Positions 1-12,975 of a stretch of 64,000 bases of DNA are shown piece after piece. Each line of letters opens with the position of its first letter. Position 1 is the first letter of the stretch. The position numbers and the translations under genes were made by a program. The notes beneath the pieces were generated by a model. That model was not told the origin of the DNA. It made no database searches and worked only from the letters and a program-made list of their open reading frames with translations. This DNA comes from Azolla caroliniana (Eukaryota > Plantae > Polypodiophyta). The DNA is taken from contig JBHGNT010000004.1 in NCBI GenBank assembly GCA_043228905.1, forward strand, positions 21,204,001 through 21,268,000. Reading direction: 5' to 3'.

Positions 1-2068
1 ATTAAACAATCAAGGTATAAACCAATCTCTTTTAGAATATTTGTTTTCCCATATGTTTTGGATATTTGCTTGATTACCCTAAGCTCCAAACAATTACTAT
101 AATATGTTATTTTCCAATTTATGAAAGGGTAACAAGGATATAGTTCTTTAACTTTGATGGTATATCATCTTGTCACTTTCTTAGGGCGATAGGTTTATGC
201 CACATTCATTATGCACCTCTCACAAGAGATTGCATAAATTTATGCTTGTAAGATCAATATCTATTCTCAAGTTATACCATCACAAGCTTCAAAAATATGG
301 AGATCGAGTCTCTAAAATAGACATCAACATGGAATGTGAAGATGTTTGCAATGGCATTTTAGTAGCAATGTTTGTAAGCATTACTAATTGTGGTTTCTTG
401 GGAAAAACAAACTCAAGGTTTGAGTGTGTTGTCTTTTGTAGATTTTTAAACTATATGGTTTAAACTTAAGATGGGATAAAAAATGGGGCATTGCACTCAA
501 GTGAGATACACAACTCATTTGCAAAAACATCGTGATCATTTATGTGCCTTCTTGTTGGTGCCCCAAGTACACCATCTCGCAGTAAAAAAATACATGAGAA
601 GTTGTATGGAAGCATGCCAAACAAAGGGAAGTTATTTAGCATGTACAGGTTATCGAGGTTTCCTAAATTTGAGAAAACGATTTTGTAGTTTGGTGCAACA
701 ATGTCATTGAATTTGATGCTACATCTTACTTGAGCTATAATACATTCGTGTTTCAAAAACCTCCATCAATGAGGAATTTATTAAGAACATGCAATGCATC
801 CCATTTTTTAAATCATTTTATTATCGTTTGCCTTTGTGTGTCCTTTGAACTTATTTACTACTTTGTTTAGCACAATTCTATTAAGTCGTGTTAACAATTG
901 CATGGAAAATAGAGAATGCACGTACATCTTTAACACCGAATAGATGGAGAAGACAAATATATGGTAACATATTTAACACCGAATAGGAAATCACCTTACT
1001 GTCATTACACACGAGGTTTGATACAATGGGGCTTTGGCAAATAGGTACAAATACAACTTAGAAGCCATGTATAATTTGTAGCTTCATCTTCCCTCATCTT
1101 GTTTCAAATTTATGCTCTTTGGTGTATAATTGCCTTTCTCTCCTCACCTACACATGCATAACACAATATTCTATCCATTTCCATTGTGTGAGGACTTGTT
1201 ATCTAATTTCTAAACCTTTACTTTCATTGGACTTGTCATGAACCCTGCCAACACTTCCCCCACATAAGCTAAGCCTAGTCTTTTGTTGCACATATATGGG
1301 AGACTCTTCACCATTGTCCCTTCTCTCCAACATTTGGATGCCAAACTTATTAACTTCAAGCAAAGTTTGATTGGCGTAGAAGTAGAGTTAGAATCCTCTA
1401 TCCCCAACACTTTTGAGGTTTGGGCAAGCATACTTGGTATAAGGAATCCATCCATCTAGAAGTGCCAAGGGCTTGGTGCTTGCTTCAACCTACTTGGGTC
1501 TTTCCACCACCTCAAGGTTTTGCTTCAGGAATATCTTCAAAATGCCCAACTTCAAGTCCATCTAGATATAATCGCCGTACAATAGACATTGACAAGGTTG
1601 AACAAAATAGTTACGATCCGAGCCTTTTGCACATACCTTTTCACTACCAGTCTTTTTTTCTATTTTTCCTGCACATACTTTATGAAGGCAGTAGTTCATA
1701 GGTTTCTACTAAAATCGAGAAACTCATTTCACCTTTCTATTTTAAAAATAAGGCATTGAAAAACATGTCTAGCCTCGCCGAACAATTCTCCACATCGTGT
1801 GAATTCCTTGATACAAAATTGTTCATCTGAAGGCCATAGTATTTATAGCTTATGACTGATTTAACCGTGTGCAAGGTCAACCATAAACATATTGTAAGTG
1901 CTCAACTATATACAATACAACATAGCATAAGCAGGCTTTAAAAACCGTCAAGGTTGAGTTTCTGCTCTTGAATTAGGCAAAACTTAGGATTATATTGTGC
2001 TTCAAATGAATTTAATTTCCTTGCACAAATGGCTGAAGCCACAACAATTACTATACATTCATTTTGCT

Positions 2069-5000
2069 TCACATGGAGCTAATAAACTTCTGAAGTTTGT
2101 CACAGACTTTCTCCCTCTCTTCTGGTCCATCCAAATCTCCGATGTTGTCATGATATTCCTACACAGTCAAAACAGCTTATGCCATTATCTTTAGACAGAG
2201 CCCCCTTCGTGTTTAAATTATTTTATGCTTTTATGAAACCATTATGAAAAAATTGATTCCAATTGTGTGCTTGTATTTCAAGAAATAATTATAAAAACTC
2301 ATCAAACACAGCGTCACAATTTTAGTGTTTCTGTCAAAAATTACACTTGTGAAACAGGATGAAAATGGCAGGCCAAAGGTTTCCAAGTGCAAAGTTTTCA
2401 GACTTTTGGGAGTACTTTCTCCAGAAAGTGATAATCATATTTCAATCATACAAGAAGTGTACAAGCAAATGCATATTAATGCATAAGTTGAACTAATAAA
2501 AGAAACACTTACAATCTATCTAATGATATATAAGGGGGTTTGTGTTTAAAATAAAATCTATTCAAAAAGTAAGCTTTTTGGATTAGAATATTAGCTGAGA
2601 AGCATAACATTCTAAGCATTTCTGCTCGTACATGTTACACGTGGCATACTCTCAATGCATTTGTTTATCATACACCGTAACCTCAAAAACCGGCATCACC
2701 ATTGTTAGTGAAATTTCTCTTGCAGAACCTCCCAGAATAGATGTCGCCTTCACATCAAGGGAATCCAGAAGGTTAAAAAGTATAGCATCAACTAGATATT
2801 CAACATAACAAACCTTGTATAGCTGAACAGGAAAACTAGTTTGAAGGAGCTAGGACATGATGAATATTGGAAGAGATTTCATGGTAAAGAGATAGAAGTT
2901 GACCTAGTTTATCACAAATGTGTATCCACTGTATGAAGAAATCAGTCCTGATAATCCCAGTACATTTACCCTTCTTCCGATTTCCTATGTAGAACTTAAT
3001 TTGTATGGTGAAGAAGAAAGCGTGTGGGCCAAATGTCAACGCGAGATCATCGTAGACACATAAGAAACAAACAGCTACCAAATAGACAAAGAGGAACAAT
3101 GAGAGCACTGTGGAATAACAGATTATAACAGACTGGCATATACAAAACACATCATAAATTTCACTCGCATTTTCCTAGAATTGGCTTAGTGAGTATCTCG
3201 TTGTGCTTTACTTTCCAGCACCACAAATTACATAGTTTTGCTCTCTGAATACGAACACGACCTACAAAGGCACCTCAATGCCTTAGATGACTTTTGTGCA
3301 CAACGAGGATTGGTAGTGAATCTAGGGAAAACTAAAGTCCTTATCTTCCACACATCGGCCCAAGTTAGAGCTAAGTTTCACCCAACTATCTCCCATAGCC
3401 CAGTTGAGGTGGTTGGATCATACATCTATCTCGGAGTCACTTTCAATGCTCACTCAGGTAAATTTTCGATGACACAAGCAGCGAAGGATAGACTTACGAG
3501 AGGACATGCATCCCTCTCACTCCTAGAGAGACAATGCCACCAAGCATACTTTAAAGAGCCACGAACTAAAGGGTGGCTCTTTGACTCATTAGTGACCCCC
3601 TCCCTCATGTATGCATCAGCGGTTTGGGCTCCAGGATTACCATATTTCATGTGGACGCAATTAGAGAGACCATTGGTGACGATGTTATCACGCCAACTCC
3701 GAAGCAAATCGACAGTACCACATAACATTATTAGGGCTGAGTTCACATTACCCCCAATGTTAGTAGAGGCACTTTTCCAACTTGTAGTCTTTATTCATAG
3801 GATACATAGCCAACCACATGATAGAATATCTCATCAAGCCTTTAAGGCCTCTCGATCATTGTATGAGTTTGGCTATACTAGCTCATGGTACGGCATGATG
3901 GTGAGTTGGCTTCTTGCGAATGGTCTAGGCATTAATAACCTACCTCCCCTTAGGTACAACCACACAATTGATAACACTTTAATCTCTCATGAGGACCGCA
4001 ATAAAGTAATACGCCAAGAAATATGGCAAATTTACACTCGGTATAAATGGATCACCCCACGAGAGTCACTCCCATCTAAAATGTTGTACTATAAGGAACA
4101 CTTCATGCACTTCTCTGAGTTAGGTTTTATCACGCGGCCAAAATATCTAGATGTATTCTTACCACATGCACTAAGGGTTACCATTGGACAACTTAGAATA
4201 TCATCTCACCAACTTGAGATTGAGAATGGCCGTGCTAATGGAGTCCCTAGAGAGGAAAGGATATGTACATTATGTCCCATAGAGATAGAGGATGAGTATC
4301 ACTTTACATGCAAGTGCCCAACCTACGCCGAGATAAGGGCAAAATACCAAGACATACTTGGTTCCTCTCCCACCCTCCCCAAACTATTAGATACTCTAGA
4401 TATAAAGAAATTAGGCAAATACATTCTAGAGCTAAAACAACACAGAGAGAATAAGTTACAAAATGTTGACAATAATGTTGCTAATGTTCACCAACATGTA
4501 ACAAATGAAGTTTTTCAAGAACAGGGGGAGACAACGAATGTCAACACACCTGCATCACTCGGCCTTTCCCTTGATGAGGCAGAAAACCAAAGAAGAACCA
4601 GACGTCCTCGGGTGCCTAGTTTCAAAGCAACTCGACGTGGTGTGGAAGCAATAATGAAAATAAGGGAACGTGAGCTACACCGCCTAGAAGCCATGGCTAG
4701 GGCACTCTCTACATTGGAACCATGGGTCACACCCACATCAAAACCATTTGACCCCCCACTTCTTTTCGAGAGGCTTGGGTGGAAATAAAATTAGGTTTAG
4801 TGTAACGTCACTTCCTTTATCGGGTATACCACGTATTGTACACTACTAGAACTCTTTTAGCTTAAGTTCTATATTTACTTTATTTTATTTTAGTTATAAT
4901 GGCTGGATAAATACTCATTTTGTTGTAAACCAATTGTCTCATGGGCCAATTTTGGCTTTAGAAGACGTTAATATATCTTTCTTTCTTCCTTTTCTTTCAA

Positions 5001-8000
5001 AAAGGTGCCTGGACTTGTGTTTTAGGGATTTATATTGTTTATTATGAGGGATGAGTGTTGAGAGCCTAGATGTTTCTTAATCCTTCAAGCGGAGTAAAAT
5101 CAGAAAGACTCGATGTCATGGATAGTTAGTCTTCAAATAGAAAAAAAATAAGGGCACTCTTTACACTCAAACATCTACCAGGATGCATAAGCAAATATAT
5201 CCAGTCACAAAGAATGGATGATTACCTGTAGTATAGCTACTATATCTTTCCGAGATAACCTTTGCTGTTTGAGAAGGAGATCAATACGATCTTGTATACC
5301 TTGGTTCCTGCTTGGAAATTATAGGCAAATTGTAACTGCATAGACTTTGCCAAACCAAACGGCACAATTAATTTGTAGCAAACATAAGAGAAACTCACTC
5401 AGAAGCCCATATGTGAGCGAGGATTAAAGCCAAAAGCTGTCACCAAAACAACATGGCAAGGTTCTCAAAGTAATTAAAAAAATATCACATCATCTGGATA
5501 TGTCTTAACCCCAAATAGTAACTCTAAGTAGGTCCACTCTTCTCAAAACTTTTGGCCAATTGACCACTTGAAGAGAGAGCAATCTACTCTATGAGTCATT
5601 ATATGAAATCTAAACATTCCCAAATGAGACCATTCTTTCTCCATCATCTATATATGTTACTTGCTAACCTGGAGGATAAAGAGTCCCGCATCAAGCTTTG
5701 CTAAATATCGATCACCATCATCCATCTGCAACATGGAGGAGCACTTGTCACTAATAGCTTGATAATTTGACTTGCAAAAACAATTACTAAGAAATGTAAA
5801 GGACCTCCACATCATCGAATTCAAGGTTTTCTAGTCGCTTGTTTTCAATTTTAACACGATCAGTGTATCTGTGAGCATGGATATACAATTGTCATTAAGC
5901 ACATTTGTGAAGACCTGTGGGTAGTGTGCTCAAAAATAATTGAAGCATTACTAATGCATGCCTCATATATAACTCCATGAGACGGTCAACTTTTTCAAAT
6001 TCATTCTCAATGAACTTTCCAATTATTCGTTCTCTTCGCGAGCCTCGTATAAGACCACCTGTATGTTTGAAACATTTGTAAGAATATAGAAAACAAATGA
6101 GTTCTCTAACCAAATAAGTTTTGACAAAAACCATTTCCTAACTAGCTAAGCAAAAATTTAGTAATATTGCAATGCAAAGAAATTGTCGAGACATTTATAG
6201 TTCTCCATACCTAGAAGGGATGATATTATAGATATTGCATGTTCTTCTATCTCTTCTTTAGCTTTATCACTTGCATGTTTAGCCTTTGAAGGAATCTGAA
6301 ATTTCAGGGTATCAATAACCATGTTAACTACGAGATATACATTTATTATTGTAAGACATGAATTTATAAATTGCATAAAATGCTCTAAGAATGTCCCTTC
6401 TCCCTCTTTTAAAAGAAAAACATTGTATTAAAACATTTCTCTCTCAATATATACATTACAGAACACAATAGAAAAGCATAATTATTACAGACAGCATGTT
6501 GTAAGTAGCAACATTTGCCATGCAGTGTAGTGTTTTGCTGTTTATTAGGATTGAAAACTCTTCAAGCATTCAATCCCTCAAACGAAGATTCATTTTTTAC
6601 AATAATCTGATATATGTGCACATTACAGCACAGAAGCTGCATTAGCAGATGTATTGTTAGCCATGCAATAACTAGATCCTTGAGTAAGGGAGTGAAAGTG
6701 CAAAATTCAGACCCTCTTGACATCAGGTAGTAAACCAAACCATCCCATTGGGTTATAGATATCTGAACAAAACTGGCTCCAAAGAATCCACGAGTATGGG
6801 AGAGAGAGAGAGAGAGAGAGAGCAAAGTTCAAGCCCTCCTCTTTAGTGCAGCAAAACCTCTTATTGGGTTGTATTTACAGGAGAGTTGACATCTGAACAA
6901 ACTTGTAGCCATGCAATAACTAGATCCTTGAGTAAGGGAGTGAAAGTGCAACGTTCAAACCCTCCTCTTGACATCAGGTAGTGCACCAAAACCCACTATT
7001 GGGATATATTTACAGGAGAGTTGATATCTGAACAGAACTGCCTCCAAAACTAACACTCTCAATCCTTGAGCAAGGAAGTGAAAGTGCAAGGTCAAACCCT
7101 CCTCTTGGCATCAGGTAGTGCACCAAAACCTCTTATTGGGTTGTATTTAGAGGAGAGTTTATATCTGAACAAATATGGCTTCAAAACTGAAACTCTCAAT
7201 GCCAAACTGCAGGTGGGTTTCCAAATTCATCTTAATCCATTGCAAAATTATCCTGAAATTTAATGAAGAAACTAGAAATAGCTTACTTTCTTCGTTCTGA
7301 GTAATATTGTGCTCAAGAGGACCTCATCTTCAACCATGACTCTCAACCTCAAGGTGTATATACTGTCGAAGCATCCTTTAGAACACCACCCAAGAATCCT
7401 TCCACAGGATTGAAATTATAAGCATTGAAACCCTCCAATGATCAGGCTATCTCAATTGGTACATGACATTACTACCTTTGTAATTTTGTAAAGACCAGTT
7501 TAATGCTAACCCACAACATAGTACTATGCATCCTTTGCCCCTGTCTTCTCTGATCATTCTTTTTAAAATCTATGGAGCACCCAAATCATCAATTGCAGAT
7601 TTCACATGTATAATATTCCATGTCTGTGTAACCTCTGAGGGCTTCGATATATTATGAGAAGAACTTCAATACCACAGAAAAAGATTGAAAATTTGTCAAA
7701 ACCCAATTAACAAAGAGCAACAGATGTCAGCAGAATCAGTGGGTGTTCACAAGAAGTTTCTGTTGGTTATATTTTGAATAGAAGGTTGATAATGCATACA
7801 TAGATTATCAACATGATATACTTCATATTAATTGTCAAATACATTATCACTATAAGAATCATTCTATGATATTTCTAACATGAAGTTTTCACCTATTCGC
7901 CGTGAGGTCCTTATAGACTATTTCTGTTCAGTGTATGCATGGCACATCGCATGATGCTTGTAAAGCTTTCTAAGAACATTTATAATCCATAACACATATC

Positions 8001-10499
8001 AAGTTTATCGTAAGTGATTTAGTATACCTCAGTGGTATGATCAAAGACATTAATAAACGAGGTCAATGGACAAAGTTCAGATCAAACATTTTGTGATATG
8101 TTCTATTTTTACTTAATAAATGTGGTATGTTTTCTTCGACAGTTTCAGGTGTCTCTTCTAGCTTGGGAAATAGCGTGGACTAACTTTACATTACATGATA
8201 ATATCATGGTTTTGTATTATGAGCAACAAAGCATGCTACTTAATGATGTGGTTGGGGCACGTACAATGTAAACCCTTGCATTCAGGTGCATAGAAATATC
8301 CCAGAGCAGTAGAGGATAATAGGTTAAAATGGACGTGGTTACTCATTAATCCAAGTGTCCTAACTTTAAGGAGCCTAGATTAACAGGGATTGATTGCGGT
8401 CATAAGCCAACTGAAATGTAAATCATGGTGATTAGTATTGATGGGATACTAGATTTTCACGTTCTCACAAAATTGTGATTTTTGCAAAAGGAAATTATTC
8501 AGTCAATCAACCCAAACAAGGTATTAATTGACTCAATTCATATACTCCTAGTGAAATCACTAAACATGCATAAAACTCTTGTTAGGACATTTAATGCATG
8601 CATCACTATTTACAGTGTGGACAATAAAAGAATGATGTCCATAAATATCACACTCTTCCCCAAGCACTAAACATGCATTTAATTGCATAGAGATTCTTTA
8701 AGGTGCCCCTATTTATAGTGCTCAGAATGATGTAACCTCCACAAATAACTACGATTTTATAGTAGAACAAGCTCTACCCTTATCATCAATGTGAAGAGAA
8801 ACTCTCTTACAAAAGCATCCCTAATACCTTACACTCTAGTGGCCCTAGCAAACATTGTCCTAATCTCTAGTATGGTGTGTGAACACTCTCTACCTTCATA
8901 TGAATATTCCACGCGAGGAGCCACTGAGCTTCACCTATGTAGCCTACATAAATAAGTTATCTCTAATATACTCTCTCACCACTATCTTTGATTAGTCTTC
9001 ATTAAGTAATTCATTTATCCTAAGCTTATCATAGAGTTCACCTGATCTACAATTCTCTATAGCTAAGCAAACTACAAAATGCAACAAAAACAATTGTTTG
9101 AAGGCAACTCCATTGAATAAACTTACAATCTCATTAAAAAATAAAGGAAAAATCACCAGAATGCCCCTATCTTAATGGCATTTAGCATAATACATCGAAG
9201 TTCAGAATGCTCTTATATAGTGCGAATTTTATTGCAACAAAAGGGGTATTCTCGTTATGTTTCAGAATTTTGCGGTATTCTATTAACTACCCAACAAGTC
9301 AGCGAAGGAAACGCTCTTACCCTTCCCATGAAGGCTGCAAAGAGCGTTTTGAGGCCCAGCACATCCACGAAACGTTCACAAGCTTGAGGGCATCGAGTCG
9401 TAGCGAAATCAAGAGCTTTCATAGATGAGCCATATGTTAGCCTCTTCTGTTTCATGATGATGATCATGAGCTCGACACCTTCAGCTTTCACAAACCTCTC
9501 CTTATTTTCTAATGGCATCACCACACTGCAGAGACAGTCAAACAAATTCTCAAGCATTTCCTCTTCTTCGCCCGTTTTAGGGTCCCGCGACTTGTATAAA
9601 GCAACTGCTTGCAAGATTGTATCCACGCCATTGAGTTGCCCCACTCTCCGTTGGTTCACGGCACTATTTTGCAGCAAAATGGCCAATATCTCACTTGAAT
9701 ACAGCTTGTTGCTGTCGAATTCTCGTGCTTTTATACGATTCAGAAGCCATCGGAGAAGCTTAGTCCGCTCACAAACCATCTCAGCAACAGCGGGACGAAC
9801 CTCCATCATGTTCTCCAGCACAGAGAGAGTGTTAAAAACCGCTGAAGCTTCATCAGGCTCGGTCTCTTCCAATCGAGACAAGTTTTGCACAAGCAATTCA
9901 AGTGCATTGTTCTCTATGAGAGAATCTACGAGTATTTCAGCCGATTCTTCCGAGCTGTCTCCAATCACATCTTCATCGGTGAGCTCACTAAGAAGACCAA
10001 CGACATCAATGGCTATGTCTGTGTTCTCGTGTGTGAGTAAACCTAGTAAAGAAGGCACGGTATTCAGTCTAACTAGCTCGGGGTATAGATCTGGGGCAGC
10101 CGCGAGGGCATGAAGCTTCTTTATCTCTTCATCTAAGTCAACTTCAGATTCCACGAATTTCTCGGGTTGTTCAACATACTTCATCCGGGCTTCGAGGTTA
10201 TCTCTGAGCTTTCTTTCGAAGCCGAGGACGAGCTTTTTCAGACCTCGAATGTCGATGATTTCCACTGCTTCTGCGGACGTTTCAAGGGCTTCAAGCAGGG
10301 AAAGGTCTAGCCCATGGTCAGGGATAGCAGGGGGTCCATCTTCTGCTTCTCGATCTCCTCCGGCAGGGAGGCGACCGTTCATGGTGGTCTTCCGATGCTT
10401 GTTCTGCTCGTCGGGCTCTTCTTCCCTGCGCTTTCGCTTGGGCGGCGGGTACTGCTGCTGCTGCTGCTGCTGCTGGAGAGGAGGAGGAGAAGAAGCCAT
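2069..10499 (-). CDS. CTNNBL1: Beta-catenin-like protein 1 (CTNNBL1/MAC-Prp19 complex spliceosome-associated protein), 8 exons, ~563 aa
   Basis: Exons (minus): 9321-10499, 6211-6295, 5962-6058, 5805-5868, 5669-5725, 5399-5436, 5226-5307, 2069-2158. They sum to 1692 nt with consistent phases. Motifs EKFVESEVDLDEEI, LLTHENTDIAIDVV, KFIENEFEKVDRLMELY, KLDAGLFILQ and EYHDNIGDLDGPEE match plant CTNNBL1. N-terminal polyQ and PKRKRR. Intron 3 uses a GC donor. Confidence 0.93.
3232..4998 (+). mobile_element. 5'-truncated non-LTR retrotransposon (RTEX-like LINE), copy 1, antisense in the last intron of CTNNBL1
   Basis: ORF 3238-4788 has the RT C-terminal part (GLVVNLGKTKV, YIYLGV) and a C-terminal LRISSHQLEIENGR...EERICTLC...EDEYHFTCKC motif. 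The 3' UTR ends in GTTAATATA plus a TTTC-rich tail. Clearly homologous to 37080-38960. Confidence 0.9.
6655..7200. repeat. Degenerate direct repeats (3 units, ~160-250 bp) in CTNNBL1 intron 1
   Basis: TCCTTGAG(T/C)AAGG(G/A)AGTGAAAGTGCAA...CATCAGGTAGT...ATTGGG...ATCTGAACA recurs at ~6677, ~6925 and ~7063. One unit contains an (AG)n tract. Confidence 0.75.
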
Positions 10500-12689
10500 G
10501 GATGGATTCAGAAGAGTTCAATGTAAGTAATATGTAGTATGTATGTAATTAAGAAGAAAAACAGAGCCTTTTCTCTGCTCTGAACAGAAAGTATGTAGTG
10601 AAGTGTTTTCTCAAGAGAGCCCCCTCCTTTTGGTGAAGAAGAAAACAAAACCCCCCCCAAAAAAAACATAACCTCCTTTCATGAGAGACATCCCTCCCAA
10701 ACTCCTCCTGCTCCTGTGGGCCTGTAGAGGCTGTAGGCTCTATGTTATGTATCTCTTCTGTCTCTCTTGTCTGTCTGTCTTATCTATTGATTCCGGCCGG
10801 CCCCATTATAGGTTATTCTGTATATCCTCTCGATTCCGGAACCTTCCGGACTCACACCCGTCCCCCGATCGTTCGCTCGCTCGCTCGGGTATCGAAAGAG
10901 ATTTGCGCGAGCGGCCAGGCCAGCCTCTCCGTCCCCCCCCCCCCCCCCCCCCACAGTCAGGTCGTCAGGTCATATGTATCACATGTTTCTTTCCCCACCT
11001 TTCATTTCCTCCCCCTGCCCCCTCCGTTGATCTCGCCTCGTTCCATTCTCAACACCGACGCAGCTCTGTATTGGCTCGACATTACAAGACCGAGATTTAT
11101 GATGTCCACTCGATCGTCCAGCCAGACAGAGATTGCCCTTGTGCACATACGCAACCTTGTTTCCATCTCAGTTCTTCTTCTTTGTGGGTGAGTCATGTAT
11201 GCTCGTCTCGGTCTCGATGTCAAGAATTTTGTCATGGTCTACTTATGAGATTTGATTCAGTCCTTCGTTCATTTTGGTCATACGACATTGCGAGCATGTA
11301 TATGAGCACAACTATAATGCTTCATTGTTACTTCTTATTATTTGTCTGCTTGCTTCTTGCGTTCCCAATGTCACCGATTTGTGGCGGTTGATCGCCAAAT
11401 CATGTCTTATCATCCAACAATAAAATATTTTTCAGAAATTATATGCCCATGCTTCTTGTTCTACATAAGTCGTGATCATTTCATTCCACACCATCAAGTT
11501 GTAACCTTTGATTGTAGCCTATAGGGTTAGATTACATGGAGCCACAACACCAAAAACACTAAAAAACAGGATCTTTGAGATGAATCGGGCATGCTTTTAT
11601 TCATTCTTGTTGTCACTATGAGACATCCAATCAAAAGAGATTGTGAGAGTGCTTGATGCCAAGAGCCAACAAAATTACAATGTTTGGCTATCATTGTGAG
11701 ACTATTTGTTTGTTGGAAGAGGTTGCAATAATGCATTAAAGATATTTCTAGCAAATAGTTTTTCAGTCAAAGCTAAAAGGCAATACATTTTACAAGTCAT
11801 TCCAAACATTCTCGCAATACGTCCATATTGGTAGCATGTCATGGATAATATATCATAGACACGTGGCATCATTGATGATAGTTGGATAGAAACTCGAGTG
11901 AGAATATCAAACCTTTAACAATGGTGTAACCATTTAACTCGGGATGGGATGATGGTCTAGATGTTTGTAACTAATTCTACACATAATGGCTTGTAAGGGT
12001 TGGGAAGACAATTTATTCGAGTGATATGTAGTATAGAGAGACACAAACAACATCAATCTTAAACATTAAGTTGAAAGGTAAGACTATCTAGATCTCTCAT
12101 AAAAGCTCATCTAAGGAACAACTTGTTTGGGAAGATAATTGAATTTGCAAAAACATCATAAAAATTTGCAAGATGGAGCCTACAAAGATTAGGAGGAAAA
12201 AGTAGTTTGTAACAACCCATGCACAAAGTCTTTTGATAGGAGTTTGTAGAGTCGACTCAATCTGAATCTATGTCCAATTTTTTGATGATACCACAAATGT
12301 GGATTCTACAAGAATATAAGCAAGTGGCAAGCACCTTGATCTATTTTGCAAAGGATGTATGGAATCTGGGTATCGGTATCAATATTACAATGTATGATGG
12401 GTATTGAGACATCGGCACAATTTGAGACCTCTCAAACTTTTCACAATATTAGAAGGGTTTTTTATGTTTACATTTTGGAAAGACTCAATTGTCCCATGTT
12501 CTCATTTTCGTGTATAATATTTTATTAGTTTCATTAGTGGTCAAGATTAGTTTAGATATTTTCACCTCCTACAATACAATCCAAGTTACAACAAACACCC
12601 CTTGGAGATGTCAAATAATAGAGAAAACAAGCTAAACATTCTGAAAGGGTATATAGATAGTATATATTTAAACTTTTATACCCTCCCAC

Positions 12690-12975
12690 GTGCAAAAGGA
12701 ACAAAACTATGGTGGCAATGTGTAAGTTCCAACTGGACAATGTCACATGTTGATATTGGTTTGTGGGGAAGATATTGGCAGACAAGGGAGAGTTGAATGC
12801 CAATGAAGCTACAAAGCTCTTTGAACCATTAGGATTAGAGCTCTCCCTTACAACTACTTATAACCTCGAGGCTAATGGACAAATAGAGTGTTGGCATAAC
12901 CATTGTCATAACTTGTGGAGAAAGAGTCAGAGACTCGCCTTGGCTATCGCCTTATGCCTTATGGGCTAATAAGGG
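12690..12975 (+). mobile_element. Degenerate Gypsy-type LTR retrotransposon integrase remnant
   Basis: Translation VGKILADKGELNANEATKLFEPLGLELSLTTTYNLEANGQIE resembles the rve integrase core (..LTTAYNPEANGKVER..). A shifted frame then gives PYALW. Confidence 0.7.

Noticed and set aside
1-1700. Possible decayed TE coding sequence, including a G-patch-like KRLGLAY stretch
   Set aside because: Too degenerate to assign without a search.
8417-9051. Solo LTR candidate (TGTAAATCA...TGATCTACA, internal CCTATTTATAG)
   Set aside because: Inverted ends are suggestive, but no TSD and no second copy in the window.
9454-10530. Plus-strand ORFs opposite CTNNBL1 exon 1, and similar antisense ORFs over CalS, Dof and MIP2
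   Set aside because: Shadow ORFs of real coding exons with no recognisable motifs.
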